A stretch of DNA of 64,000 bases. Origin: Bacteroidota bacterium. GTDB taxonomy: Bacteria; Bacteroidota; Bacteroidia; Bacteroidales; UBA7960. Every line of letters begins with the position of its first letter. The stretch's first letter is position 1. A model generated the notes under the pieces. The model ran no database searches and was not told the origin of the DNA. It saw only the letters and a list, made by a program, of their open reading frames with translations. Location: NCBI GenBank assembly GCA_018335675.1, contig JAGXRQ010000050.1:34174-98173 (forward strand). Direction: 5' to 3'. Shown here in pieces: positions 48,371 to 57,387 of the stretch. A program made the translations under genes and the position numbers.

Positions 48371-51300
48371 CTTCAATATTCTTTTTAGAGCTGGAAACAT
48401 AAGAGTAAATAGCCGGTACTATATAAAGAGTTAGAAACGTAGAGATAATAAGACCTCCAATTACAGCGACCCCCATTGCAATACGACTTTGAGAGCCTTC
48501 GCCAAAGCCTAGAGTTAAAGGTAGCACTCCTAATATTGTTGACAAACTCGTCATAAGTATTGGGCGAAAACGTGCAGCAGCAGCATCTTTAATTGCTTCC
48601 AATTTTGATAGTCCTTGTTGCTTGCGTTGATTTGCAAATTCAACAATTAAGATTCCATTTTTTGAAACAAGCCCAATTAGCATGATAATACCAATTTGGC
48701 TGAAAATATTCATGGTTATACCAAAATACCACATAAACAACAAGGCGCCAGTTAATGCCAGAGGCACTGTCATCATTACGATTAGAGGGTCTCTAAAACT
48801 TTCAAACTGGGCAGACAAAACAAGGAAAATCAACACCAACGCCAAAATAAAAGTAAACATTAGGCTGGATGAGCTTTCCTGAAAATCTCTTGAGTCGCCG
48901 GCAAGAGCAGTTCTAAAAGTATCATCAAGAACTTCGTCTGTAATTCTGTACAGTTCATTAATTCCATCGCCAATAGTGTATCCGGGAGCCAATCCTGACG
49001 AAACAGTTGCAGAAACAAATCTGTTATATCTAAACAGTTGAGGTGGAGCAGTTTGTTCTTGTAGTGTGACTAAATTATCAAGCTGAATCATGGCACCTGC
49101 ATTGTTTCTAACATATAATGACTTCAAATCCAGGGGTTTATTACGGTTCTCTCTGGCCAACTCTCCTAGAATCTGGTATTGTTTGCCGTGCATAAAGAAA
49201 TAGCCGAATCTTTGACCTGACAAAGCTAGTTGCAGTGTTTGTCCTATGTTTTGAGTAGAAACTCCCATAAGGTTTGCTTTATCACGGTTAATGGAAACCT
49301 GAATTTCCGGCTTAGTAAATCTTAAGTTTACATTTGCCATACTTAGAATCTGACTATTATCAACTTGTTCCATAAATGCGGGCAAAACTTCTCTGAGCTT
49401 ATCAATAGATTGGGCTTGAAGTACAAACTGAACAGGCTGTCCGGCTCTTCTTCCACCAAATGTAGATTGCTGCATAGCAAATGCTCTTGCTCTGGTCATT
49501 TTGCTAAGTTGCCCTGATAGTTGATCTGTTATTTCTTGCTGTGTACGCTTTCGTTCAGATGGATGCACAAGTAATATTCTAACATTTGTCCATCCTCCAA
49601 AGGTCATATAGTTTACACCTTCAATTTCAGGAACAGTTTCCATTACCATTTCTGCAACTTCGGTAATATAATCTCTTGTAAATTCAAACGTTACACCTTC
49701 AGGCATTTGAGTGTTAATTGTAATTGAGGACCTATCTTCCAGGGGAGCCATTTCAGTCGGTATGTTGCTATATATCAACACTATAAGCCCGACAGATGCG
49801 AGTAAAATAGGGTATGCTAGCCATTTTCTAGTCATAAAAGAATCAAGTGATTTTTTATATGAATTATTCATAGACTGAAAAAAGCCTTCTGTTTTTTGAT
49901 AAAATGCGCCCCGCTGTTTTCTTTGCTTTAGAATTTTCGTGGAAAGCATAGGCGTAAATGTAAGAGCGACAAAAGAAGAAATTGTAACTGCTCCTGCAAT
50001 CACAATACTAAATTCTCTAAAAAGCCTTCCAGTCATTCCCTCAAGGAAAACAATAGGTATAAAAACAGCAATCAGTGTTATGGTTGTAGCAATTATCGCA
50101 AAGAAAATTTCTTTAGATCCCTGCAGTCCAGCCTGCATTGGAGTCATTCCTTTTTCAATCTTAACATAAATATTCTCCATCATAACGATAGCATCATCAA
50201 CTACAAGTCCAATAGCAAGAACAATAGCTAGAAGCGTAAGAGTATTTATTGTAAAACCTGCCAAATACATTATAAAGAAAGAACCGACCAAGGAAACCGG
50301 AATAACAAGAATAGGAATTAATGTGGTTCTCCAATCTCTTAAAAACAGGAAAATAATAACCATTACCAAAAGGAAAGCAATAAAGATAGTATTCCTAACT
50401 TCTACGATAGAAGAGCGAATATATTTAGTATTATCAAATCCAACTTGAAAAAATACATCATCAGGTAGATCTCGTTTAATAAGCTCTAGCCTTTCATAAA
50501 TCTGATCGGCAATGTCAATATGGTTAGATCCGGGTTGAGGTATAATTGCAACTCCAACCATCGGCACCCTATTACGCATCATCATACTTCTAAGGTTTTC
50601 AGAAGCAAGTTCTGCTCTACCTATATCAATAAACCGGATTACCTGATCGCCTTCTTGTTTGATTATGAGGTTATTAAACTCATCAGGAGTTGTAAGCAAG
50701 CCCAGTGTTCTGATGGTAAGTTCTGTAGTTGAGCCTTCAATACTACCTGAAGGAAGTTCAACATTTTCTCTTGCGATTGCATTTCTGACATCCAGAGGAG
50801 TAAGGTTATATCCGGCTAATTTTGCAGGATCCATCCAAAGCCTCATGCTCCATCGTCTTTGTCCCCATATTCCTACAGAGCTTACTCCATCAATTGTTTG
50901 AAGTCTTTCCTGGAAAGAAAGTTCTGCAATTTCTGACAATTCCATCAGCGATCTTTTGTCGCTTTGCAGATTTATAAGCATAATTGGACTAGCGTCGGCA
51001 TCTGCTTTAGCAACAACCGGAGGGTCAACATCATTTGGCAGCAGCCTCAATGCTTGTGCTACTTTGTCTCTGACATCATTGGCCGCAGTTTCCATATCAA
51101 CGCTGAGCTCAAACTCCACAGTAATATTGCTGCCACCTTGTCGGCTGACAGATGTAATTGTACGAATTCCGGGAACGGCGTTTATAGCCTGCTCCAAAGG
51201 TTCTGTTATTTGTGCATCAATTACATCGGAATTGGCGCCTGGATAATTAGTTCTTACAGAAATAATAGGAGGGTCAACACTGGGAAACTCTCTCACACCA

Positions 51301-51395
51301 AGAAACGTCATTCCTATCAATCCAAACAAAAGGATAATGATAGTAAAAACTGTTGCAAGTACAGGGCGTTGTATGCTTATTGACGATAAACTCAT
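48360..51395 (-). CDS. RND efflux pump inner-membrane permease (AcrB/HAE1-type)
   Basis: 1011 aa. MSLSSISIQRPVLATVFTIIILLFG..., 12-TM architecture, and conserved VVDDAIVMMENI and LVSKNGILIVEFAN motifs. Confidence 0.92.
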   Translation of the reverse strand: MSLSSISIQRPVLATVFTIIILLFGLIGMTFLGVREFPSVDPPIISVRTNYPGANSDVIDAQITEPLEQAINAVPGIRTITSVSRQGGSNITVEFELSVDMETAANDVRDKVAQALRLLPNDVDPPVVAKADADASPIMLINLQSDKRSLMELSEIAELSFQERLQTIDGVSSVGIWGQRRWSMRLWMDPAKLAGYNLTPLDVRNAIARENVELPSGSIEGSTTELTIRTLGLLTTPDEFNNLIIKQEGDQVIRFIDIGRAELASENLRSMMMRNRVPMVGVAIIPQPGSNHIDIADQIYERLELIKRDLPDDVFFQVGFDNTKYIRSSIVEVRNTIFIAFLLVMVIIFLFLRDWRTTLIPILVIPVSLVGSFFIMYLAGFTINTLTLLAIVLAIGLVVDDAIVMMENIYVKIEKGMTPMQAGLQGSKEIFFAIIATTITLIAVFIPIVFLEGMTGRLFREFSIVIAGAVTISSFVALTFTPMLSTKILKQRKQRGAFYQKTEGFFQSMNNSYKKSLDSFMTRKWLAYPILLASVGLIVLIYSNIPTEMAPLEDRSSITINTQMPEGVTFEFTRDYITEVAEMVMETVPEIEGVNYMTFGGWTNVRILLVHPSERKRTQQEITDQLSGQLSKMTRARAFAMQQSTFGGRRAGQPVQFVLQAQSIDKLREVLPAFMEQVDNSQILSMANVNLRFTKPEIQVSINRDKANLMGVSTQNIGQTLQLALSGQRFGYFFMHGKQYQILGELARENRNKPLDLKSLYVRNNAGAMIQLDNLVTLQEQTAPPQLFRYNRFVSATVSSGLAPGYTIGDGINELYRITDEVLDDTFRTALAGDSRDFQESSSSLMFTFILALVLIFLVLSAQFESFRDPLIVMMTVPLALTGALLFMWYFGITMNIFSQIGIIMLIGLVSKNGILIVEFANQRKQQGLSKLEAIKDAAAARFRPILMTSLSTILGVLPLTLGFGEGSQSRIAMGVAVIGGLIISTFLTLYIVPAIYSYVSSSKKNIEDEN

Positions 51396-51407
51396 GGGGA
51401 TAAAAAT

Positions 51408-52484
51408 TTACTTAATATTATCTATATTAACCGATATTCCTCGACGCAATTGCAGAATGCCGGTAGTAATAAGAGTGTCGCCAGGTTCAAGTCCATTCGT
51501 GATCTGAATCATATCTTCAGTTCTTAAACCTGTTTTGACTAATACAGATTCTGCCTTGCCTGAGCGATAAACGAATACTCTATCTCCCTCCATTTCAGGA
51601 ATTAAAGATTCAGTTGGTATAGCAATAGCATTGTTTACAGATGAAAGCTCAAGTTGTATAGAAACAAATCGTCCGGGTTTTATTCTTTCATTTGGGTCGA
51701 AATAGCGGGCTCTTACAACAACATTTCTTGTTCTGATATCAACTTTTGGTTCAACGGCATAAACCTTTGCAAATAAACTGTCTTGTATGCCGTCGAGGGT
51801 AAATTTGATGGGGAATCCGGGTTGAATTTCTCCTGAATATCTTTCTGGAATGGCAAACTCAATTTTCAGCGGATTGTTTTTAATAAGTTGTGCAATTTGG
51901 GTATTCATATTTACAAAAGCACCTTCGCTCACATGCCTAAGACCTATAATACCGTCGAAAGGACCTCTTAACTCAGTTTCTGCAATTCTGGCTTCAACAA
52001 GCATAATATCAGCTCCAATTGTTTGAAGTTCAGTAACTACCTGATCATAACTTTCCTGACTAATAGCATCTCTTGATAGCAGTGTGCGCTGACGAAATTC
52101 TCTTTCTTCGGTAAGTTTTTTTTGAGCTTTCAGCTTTTGTAATTGAGCCTGAAGGTGAGCATCATTTATTTTGGCTAATAGTTGTCCTTTGGAAACTTTT
52201 GACCCTTCATCAAACTTTAGCTCGACAATTTTACCGGAAGTCTCAAAAGAAAGATCTACCTGTTCGTCGGGCATAATTGTGCCTGAGCTGTTGATTACTT
52301 CAACAAGACGTTGTGTCTTAATTACTAAAGCATCTACGTGAAGAGCTCTTGGACCAGAGGCAGGAAGAGCTCCTTTATCTTCATTTGAACTCCCGAAATA
52401 GGACAATAATTTTGGTAGAAAAATAACACCTGCAATTGCTATTAGAATTAGCGTAATGTAAATTGGTCTGTATTTCTTTTTCAT
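51408..52484 (-). CDS. RND efflux periplasmic adaptor (membrane fusion protein)
   Basis: N-terminal anchor, lipoyl/hairpin/beta-barrel layout, and GQLLA.I....L.A. coiled hairpin. Confidence 0.88.
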   Translation of the reverse strand: MKKKYRPIYITLILIAIAGVIFLPKLLSYFGSSNEDKGALPASGPRALHVDALVIKTQRLVEVINSSGTIMPDEQVDLSFETSGKIVELKFDEGSKVSKGQLLAKINDAHLQAQLQKLKAQKKLTEEREFRQRTLLSRDAISQESYDQVVTELQTIGADIMLVEARIAETELRGPFDGIIGLRHVSEGAFVNMNTQIAQLIKNNPLKIEFAIPERYSGEIQPGFPIKFTLDGIQDSLFAKVYAVEPKVDIRTRNVVVRARYFDPNERIKPGRFVSIQLELSSVNNAIAIPTESLIPEMEGDRVFVYRSGKAESVLVKTGLRTEDMIQITNGLEPGDTLITTGILQLRRGISVNIDNIK

Positions 52485-52692
52485 GTTGATTTTTAATTAC
52501 TTATGTAAAACACACTAAAGTGTCTATTGTTTAATGACAAACGTTATACAAATTGTGAGATTATTAAATGCAGTAAATATATTGTTAAATACTCGATATT
52601 CAAAAGTAAACATAAGGTTTTGTGGCTGTTGTTAATTTATACTAAAAGGTGATATAAAGGATGTTATAAAAACGTCTAATCTAAATTCATTA

Positions 52693-52700
52693 TACCTTTG
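52693..52700 (+). promoter_or_regulatory. -7 box TACCTTTG upstream of the cNMP-aspartase gene
   Basis: Exact TAnnTTTG match 48 nt upstream of the ATG. Confidence 0.4.
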
Positions 52701-52747
52701 CAACAAAACCATTGTAATACTGTTATAAAGGCAAAAGATTAAATGAT

Positions 52748-54607
52748 ATGCAAAACAACGATAAGATTGAATTTCTGAAAAAGATTGAGCTTTTTCTTGG
52801 ATTAACAGATGATGAATTTGTTTCACTGACATCGTGCATTAAGCAGAAAAAGTTTAAGCCTAACGAGTTGTTATTCAAGGAAAATACTCCAAGGGAAAGT
52901 ATTTTTATTATTTATGACGGTGCAGTTGAATTGTTTAAAAGCAATACTCACGGGAGTGAAATGAAACTAACTCATTTTAATAAAGGCGATTTTTTGGGAG
53001 AAGGCGCCTGGACTGATGATTCGCCTCATTCTACTTCTGCCAGAGCTCTGATGCATACAAATGTTTTTACCATTGATAATGAGGTTTTTGAAAAGAATAC
53101 CTCAGCAGCTCTTAAGATTTTTTCAAACATTGCAAGGGTTATCTCGAGGCGTATGCGCTATGCAAACAATCGAATGATAAACCCTTCTGCGCAATACGAA
53201 TCGGGTAGGACCAGGGCAGAGCACGACCTTTTGGGAGATAGAGATGTTCCGTATGAGTATTATTATGGGATTCAAACACTTAGAGCACTTGAGAACTTCA
53301 ACATCAGTGGAGTATATCTAAATTTTTACCCAACTATAATAGATGCATTGGCAGTTGTTAAAGAAGCTGCAGCTCAGGCTAATTTTGAACTCGGATTGTT
53401 GGATGAAAAACTGAAGGATGCTATTGTTGAGGCTTGCCGTGAAATTCAGAAAGGGAAATATCATAATCATTTTGTTGTTGATATGATACAAGGTGGAGCA
53501 GGAACTTCCACCAACATGAATGCTAATGAAGTGATTGCGAATATAGCTTTAGGATTGTTGGGTTTTGAAAAAGGTCAGTATGATTATTGTCATCCAAACA
53601 ATCATGTAAATCTCTCACAATCAACCAACGACGCATATCCAACAGCGGTAAAAATTGCTCTGATAAATTCAAATGAAAAGCTGATTGTTGTTTTGCAGAC
53701 CCTTGTTGATTCTTTCAGGTCTAAGGCAAAGGAATTTGCCCAAGTGATAAAGATGGGACGCACCCAACTTCAGGATGCGGTTCCTATGACTTTGGGGCAA
53801 GCCTTTGAAGCATACGCAGTTACATTGTCGGAAGAAGTAGAAAGGCTTGAGCAAAATGCTAAGCTGTTTCTTGAAGTAAATATGGGTGCAACAGCTATTG
53901 GTACAGGGATTAATTCCGAGCCGGAATATGCCGAAAAAGTTATGAAACACCTTAAGAGAATTTCAGGGCTTAATGTGGTGCTTGCATCTAACCTTGTGGA
54001 AGCCACTCAAGATACAGGAGCTTTTGTAATGTATTCGTCGGCGGTGAAAAGACTAGCAGTTAAGTTGTCGAAAATTTGCAATGATTTAAGGTTGTTGTCA
54101 TCCGGACCAAGAACTGGAATAAATGAAATTAATCTTCCACCTATGCAACCAGGCTCATCAATTATGCCCGGCAAGGTAAATCCTGTTATTCCGGAAGTAG
54201 TTAATCAGATTGCATTTAAAGTTATAGGAAACGACCTTACTGTAACTTTAGCCGCCGAGGCCGGACAGTTAGAGCTGAATGTGTTTGAGCCAATTATTGT
54301 TCAGAGCCTTTTCGAATCAATAGAAATGCTTAAGAATGGGATGAACACTCTAAAATATAAGTGTATTGACGGAATTACCGCAAACGAGCAACACTGTCGT
54401 GAAATGGTTTACAACAGCATAGGTTTGGTAACTGCCTTGAATCCGTTTATAGGTTACGAAAACTCATCTAAGATAGCAAAAGAAGCTTTGAAGTCAGGTA
54501 AAAGTGTTTATGAGCTGGTATTAAAGCATAAGCTTCTCACAAAAGAACAACTCGACAAAATACTTGCTCCGGAAAATATGCTTAAGCCGGGTAAACTGTC
54601 GTTATAG
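52748..54607 (+). CDS. aspA: Aspartate ammonia-lyase with an N-terminal cyclic-nucleotide-binding-like (CAP effector) domain fused in frame
   Basis: aa 1-~130 form a CAP_ED pattern (F..L.DDEF..L...I....F..NELLFKE......IFIIYDGAVELF......GSE..L......GDFLGEGA). aa ~150-619 are aspartase (EHDLLG.R.VP...YYGIQT.RA.ENF.ISG, GGAGTSTNMNANEV, SQSTNDAYPTA, GSSIMPGKVNP). Confidence 0.85.
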   Translation: MQNNDKIEFLKKIELFLGLTDDEFVSLTSCIKQKKFKPNELLFKENTPRESIFIIYDGAVELFKSNTHGSEMKLTHFNKGDFLGEGAWTDDSPHSTSARALMHTNVFTIDNEVFEKNTSAALKIFSNIARVISRRMRYANNRMINPSAQYESGRTRAEHDLLGDRDVPYEYYYGIQTLRALENFNISGVYLNFYPTIIDALAVVKEAAAQANFELGLLDEKLKDAIVEACREIQKGKYHNHFVVDMIQGGAGTSTNMNANEVIANIALGLLGFEKGQYDYCHPNNHVNLSQSTNDAYPTAVKIALINSNEKLIVVLQTLVDSFRSKAKEFAQVIKMGRTQLQDAVPMTLGQAFEAYAVTLSEEVERLEQNAKLFLEVNMGATAIGTGINSEPEYAEKVMKHLKRISGLNVVLASNLVEATQDTGAFVMYSSAVKRLAVKLSKICNDLRLLSSGPRTGINEINLPPMQPGSSIMPGKVNPVIPEVVNQIAFKVIGNDLTVTLAAEAGQLELNVFEPIIVQSLFESIEMLKNGMNTLKYKCIDGITANEQHCREMVYNSIGLVTALNPFIGYENSSKIAKEALKSGKSVYELVLKHKLLTKEQLDKILAPENMLKPGKLSL

Positions 54608-54654
54608 TTAATTATTATAATTAAAGTTCGGCTGTTACTTTTACTGTAAAATGT

Positions 54655-55056
54655 TTATTTGTTTTTTAGAATATCTCTTATCTCAGTAAGCAACTCTTCT
54701 TCTTTTGTTGGTGCTGGAGGTGCTTTTGGAGCTTCAACTTGTTTCTTTTTAGCTGCATTCATAGCTTTTACAATCATAAAAATTGCGAATGCAATAATAA
54801 CAAAGTCGAATACTACTTGTATAAAAGCACCATAATTTAAAGTTATAGCAGCCTTTTCGGCTGTTGCTGCTTTTATAACAATTGATAAATCAGTAAAATT
54901 TACACCACCTACCAACAAACCAATAGGAGGCATAATGACATCATTTACGATAGATGAAACTATTTTTCCAAAAGCTGCACCGATAATTATACCGATAGCC
55001 ATGTCCATAACATTGCCCCTCATGGCAAATGCCTTAAATTCGCTTAAAATTTTCAT
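54655..55056 (-). CDS. mscL: Large-conductance mechanosensitive channel
   Basis: [30 protein letters not shown]. Confidence 0.93.
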   Translation of the reverse strand: MKILSEFKAFAMRGNVMDMAIGIIIGAAFGKIVSSIVNDVIMPPIGLLVGGVNFTDLSIVIKAATAEKAAITLNYGAFIQVVFDFVIIAFAIFMIVKAMNAAKKKQVEAPKAPPAPTKEEELLTEIRDILKNK

Positions 55057-55107
55057 GTTTTATTGTTTTAAAGAATATTAATTAATCATGATGCTTAATG
55101 ATCCTCA

Positions 55108-55794
55108 TTACTTTTTATTGAATTCTATAAGAGTTCTGCCTGAATTTTTAATCAATTCTATAGCCCATTTTGTAATTACAACAGAACTTATGATGCCACT
55201 TAAACTGTCTAAATAAAAGAGATTGTAATACATGCCGGCGGTAAGAGCAATTATTGCAGTGAAGCTGGTTAATCCGTCGGCAAGAACATGTAGGTATGCT
55301 GAGCGAATATTATGATCGCTGTGTTCATATTTGTGGTGAAGTATAAAGGCGCTTAATACATTGACAATCAGCCCTATAACTGCAACAATAATTGCTTCTC
55401 CAAATTTTATAGAGACTGGTGAAATCAATCTTTCGACAGATTGAATTGCCATAAAAACTGCAACTACCAATAGAAAAATGGCGCTCGCAAACCCTGAAAG
55501 GGATAAAAGTTTTTCCTTACTGAATGAGTATTTCTTTGAGTTTGCGTATTTTCTGGCAAAGACATATGCAATCCACGACAGTCCTAAGGCTAAGACATGT
55601 GATGCCATGTGCCAACCATCGGCAAGCAATGCCATTGAATTTGTCCAATACCCGAAAAAAATCTCTGCAACCATCGTTACAGCAGTAATAATAACTACAA
55701 TAAGGGTTTTTGTTTCGAAAGTATGACTGTGGTCGGTGCTGCCTTTTTGCGAATTGAGACCTTGGCTATGTTTGGTATTATGATGTATAGTCAT
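55108..55794 (-). CDS. Cation diffusion facilitator family transporter, short form ending just after TM6
   Basis: His-rich N-terminus, TM2 LLADGWHMASH and TM5 HVLADGLTS metal-site motifs, and a His-rich loop HHKYEHSDH. Only 228 aa. Confidence 0.8.
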   Translation of the reverse strand: MTIHHNTKHSQGLNSQKGSTDHSHTFETKTLIVVIITAVTMVAEIFFGYWTNSMALLADGWHMASHVLALGLSWIAYVFARKYANSKKYSFSKEKLLSLSGFASAIFLLVVAVFMAIQSVERLISPVSIKFGEAIIVAVIGLIVNVLSAFILHHKYEHSDHNIRSAYLHVLADGLTSFTAIIALTAGMYYNLFYLDSLSGIISSVVITKWAIELIKNSGRTLIEFNKK

Positions 55795-55822
55795 TTTATG
55801 TATAATGAAATAATCTTTATAA

Positions 55823-56458
55823 TTATGCTGAAAAAACTATTAAGCTGCCTTCAATTTTGAGTTCAGAAAACCCAAATTGATTTTTTATATAATCAAACGT
55901 TTCTTTTTGGTAAAAAAACACATGAGTATTGTCGTTTTTATAATGCCAGTTTCTGAAATCAATGTCATTCGAGAAAAGAGTTGTTTTAAGATAGAGTTTT
56001 CCGCCGTTTTTCATAAGGCTATTAAGTAGTTTAAACTCTTTATTAGGGTTGTAAAAATGTTCGATTACTTCACAACAAACAATGTAGTTGTATTTCTGCT
56101 TCAATAGAGATTCATTATTATGAAAAAACGGGTCGTACTGTGCAATTTGATAGCCTTCGTCAGTAAGCAGCTTTGAGATAACAGGTCCGGGTCCTGCCCC
56201 AAAATCCAGTCCTTTGTCGCAAGATTTGAAGTCCTTTAATATTTCATTTACAATGGGTTTTACAAAATCCTGATATCGAACATCATTCACATCGTTGTTG
56301 TGTTCGTTATACCTAAAAAACTCATTCTCAAAAGAAAGGTGATTTTGTTTGTTCAAAAACACTCCCTTACACTCCGGGCAATGCAAGTATTGTCTGTTTT
56401 GATACTCTGCTATTGGCTGAGAAGATGAATTGCAAAGAGGGCAGGAGTTTGTATCCAT
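55823..56458 (-). CDS. Class I SAM-dependent methyltransferase with N-terminal Cys4 zinc ribbon
   Basis: CPLC...(17)...CPEC, then motif I LDFGAGPG. The ATG at 56458 shares one base with the upstream TAA stop (TAATG). The tracked start at 56470 is a TTG. Confidence 0.75.
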   Translation of the reverse strand: MDTNSCPLCNSSSQPIAEYQNRQYLHCPECKGVFLNKQNHLSFENEFFRYNEHNNDVNDVRYQDFVKPIVNEILKDFKSCDKGLDFGAGPGPVISKLLTDEGYQIAQYDPFFHNNESLLKQKYNYIVCCEVIEHFYNPNKEFKLLNSLMKNGGKLYLKTTLFSNDIDFRNWHYKNDNTHVFFYQKETFDYIKNQFGFSELKIEGSLIVFSA

Positions 56459-56781
56459 TATTTTGCACAATTAACGCAATGTAAACTTTCGGGTCTGAAT
56501 AGAATCCTTTCAATAGGTATTTGAGTTTTACAACTTAAACATCTTCCAAAGTCTGAAGTTCCATGCATAGAAAGCACTCTTTGAAGGTTTTTGAGCTTTT
56601 TCTCTGCCTGCCTTAAAGATGCTTCATTTACACTTTTATTGTTGATAGCATCCATGCGGGATATGCGCCCAATAGCTGCATCTGGGGCAATGGGCTGAGT
56701 TAACTCTTTGTATTCCTCAATTAGAAACTCTGTTCTAGAAATAGCATCTTGAATTTTTTTTAAAACTTCGTCTTTTTCCAT
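56458..56781 (-). CDS. DksA/TraR-family C4 zinc-finger protein
   Basis: 107 aa. Coiled-coil N-half and C-terminal CLSC...(20)...CVNC. Confidence 0.75.
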   Translation of the reverse strand: MEKDEVLKKIQDAISRTEFLIEEYKELTQPIAPDAAIGRISRMDAINNKSVNEASLRQAEKKLKNLQRVLSMHGTSDFGRCLSCKTQIPIERILFRPESLHCVNCAK

Positions 56782-56878
56782 GGGGCTAAATTACAGTTTT
56801 TTCTATAAAACGATAATTAGAGGGTTGACCTTTGTTGTTAAACTGCTTCTTAGGGGAATTAATAAAATGAAAATGATA

Positions 56879-57250
56879 TCACTTTTTAAAAATGAAGTAA
56901 ACGGCAAGAATTAAAAAGCAGAATCCTATGAGATGATTTAGCCTGAATGTTTCATTTTTAAAAAACACAATTGTAAATACTGTAAACACAGTAAGTGTAA
57001 TAACTTCCTGAATTACTTTAAGTTGCCACAAGTTGAATGGGCCGCCATTTTCAATATATCCAATTTTGTTTGCAGGCACTTGAAAGCAGTACTCGAAAAA
57101 AGCAACACCCCAGCTGATAAGGATAATAGTAAATAAGCCCAAGGTGGTAAAACCTTTCATATCCTTAAATTTAAGGTGTCCGTACCATGCCAAAGTCATA
57201 AAAACATTTGATAAAACCAGAAAGGAGATAGTAGTAAGTGCTTTTATCAT
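56879..57250 (-). CDS. DMT-superfamily small membrane protein (DUF486)
   Basis: The ATG at 57250 gives MIKALTTISFLVLSNVFMTLAWYGHLKF, the hallmark N-terminus of DUF486. About 4 TM helices. Confidence 0.75.
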   Translation of the reverse strand: MIKALTTISFLVLSNVFMTLAWYGHLKFKDMKGFTTLGLFTIILISWGVAFFEYCFQVPANKIGYIENGGPFNLWQLKVIQEVITLTVFTVFTIVFFKNETFRLNHLIGFCFLILAVYFIFKK

Positions 57251-57387
57251 ATTGTGTAGCTGTTTAGTTGACAGGATGTTACATTTAGAAAAACCTAACC
57301 CATTAGGTGCTTTTTCTAGATGTAAAATTATTTCAAAAAAACACATGTTTTGCAAGTATGCAAAAATTTTGAAAATGCCGGAAAACT

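Noticed and set aside
50520-51383. Several 70-139-aa plus-strand ORFs inside the RND permease gene
   Set aside because: They are antisense to a 1011-aa conserved AcrB-type gene with no independent signals. Chance ORFs are typical in the antisense frames of long genes.
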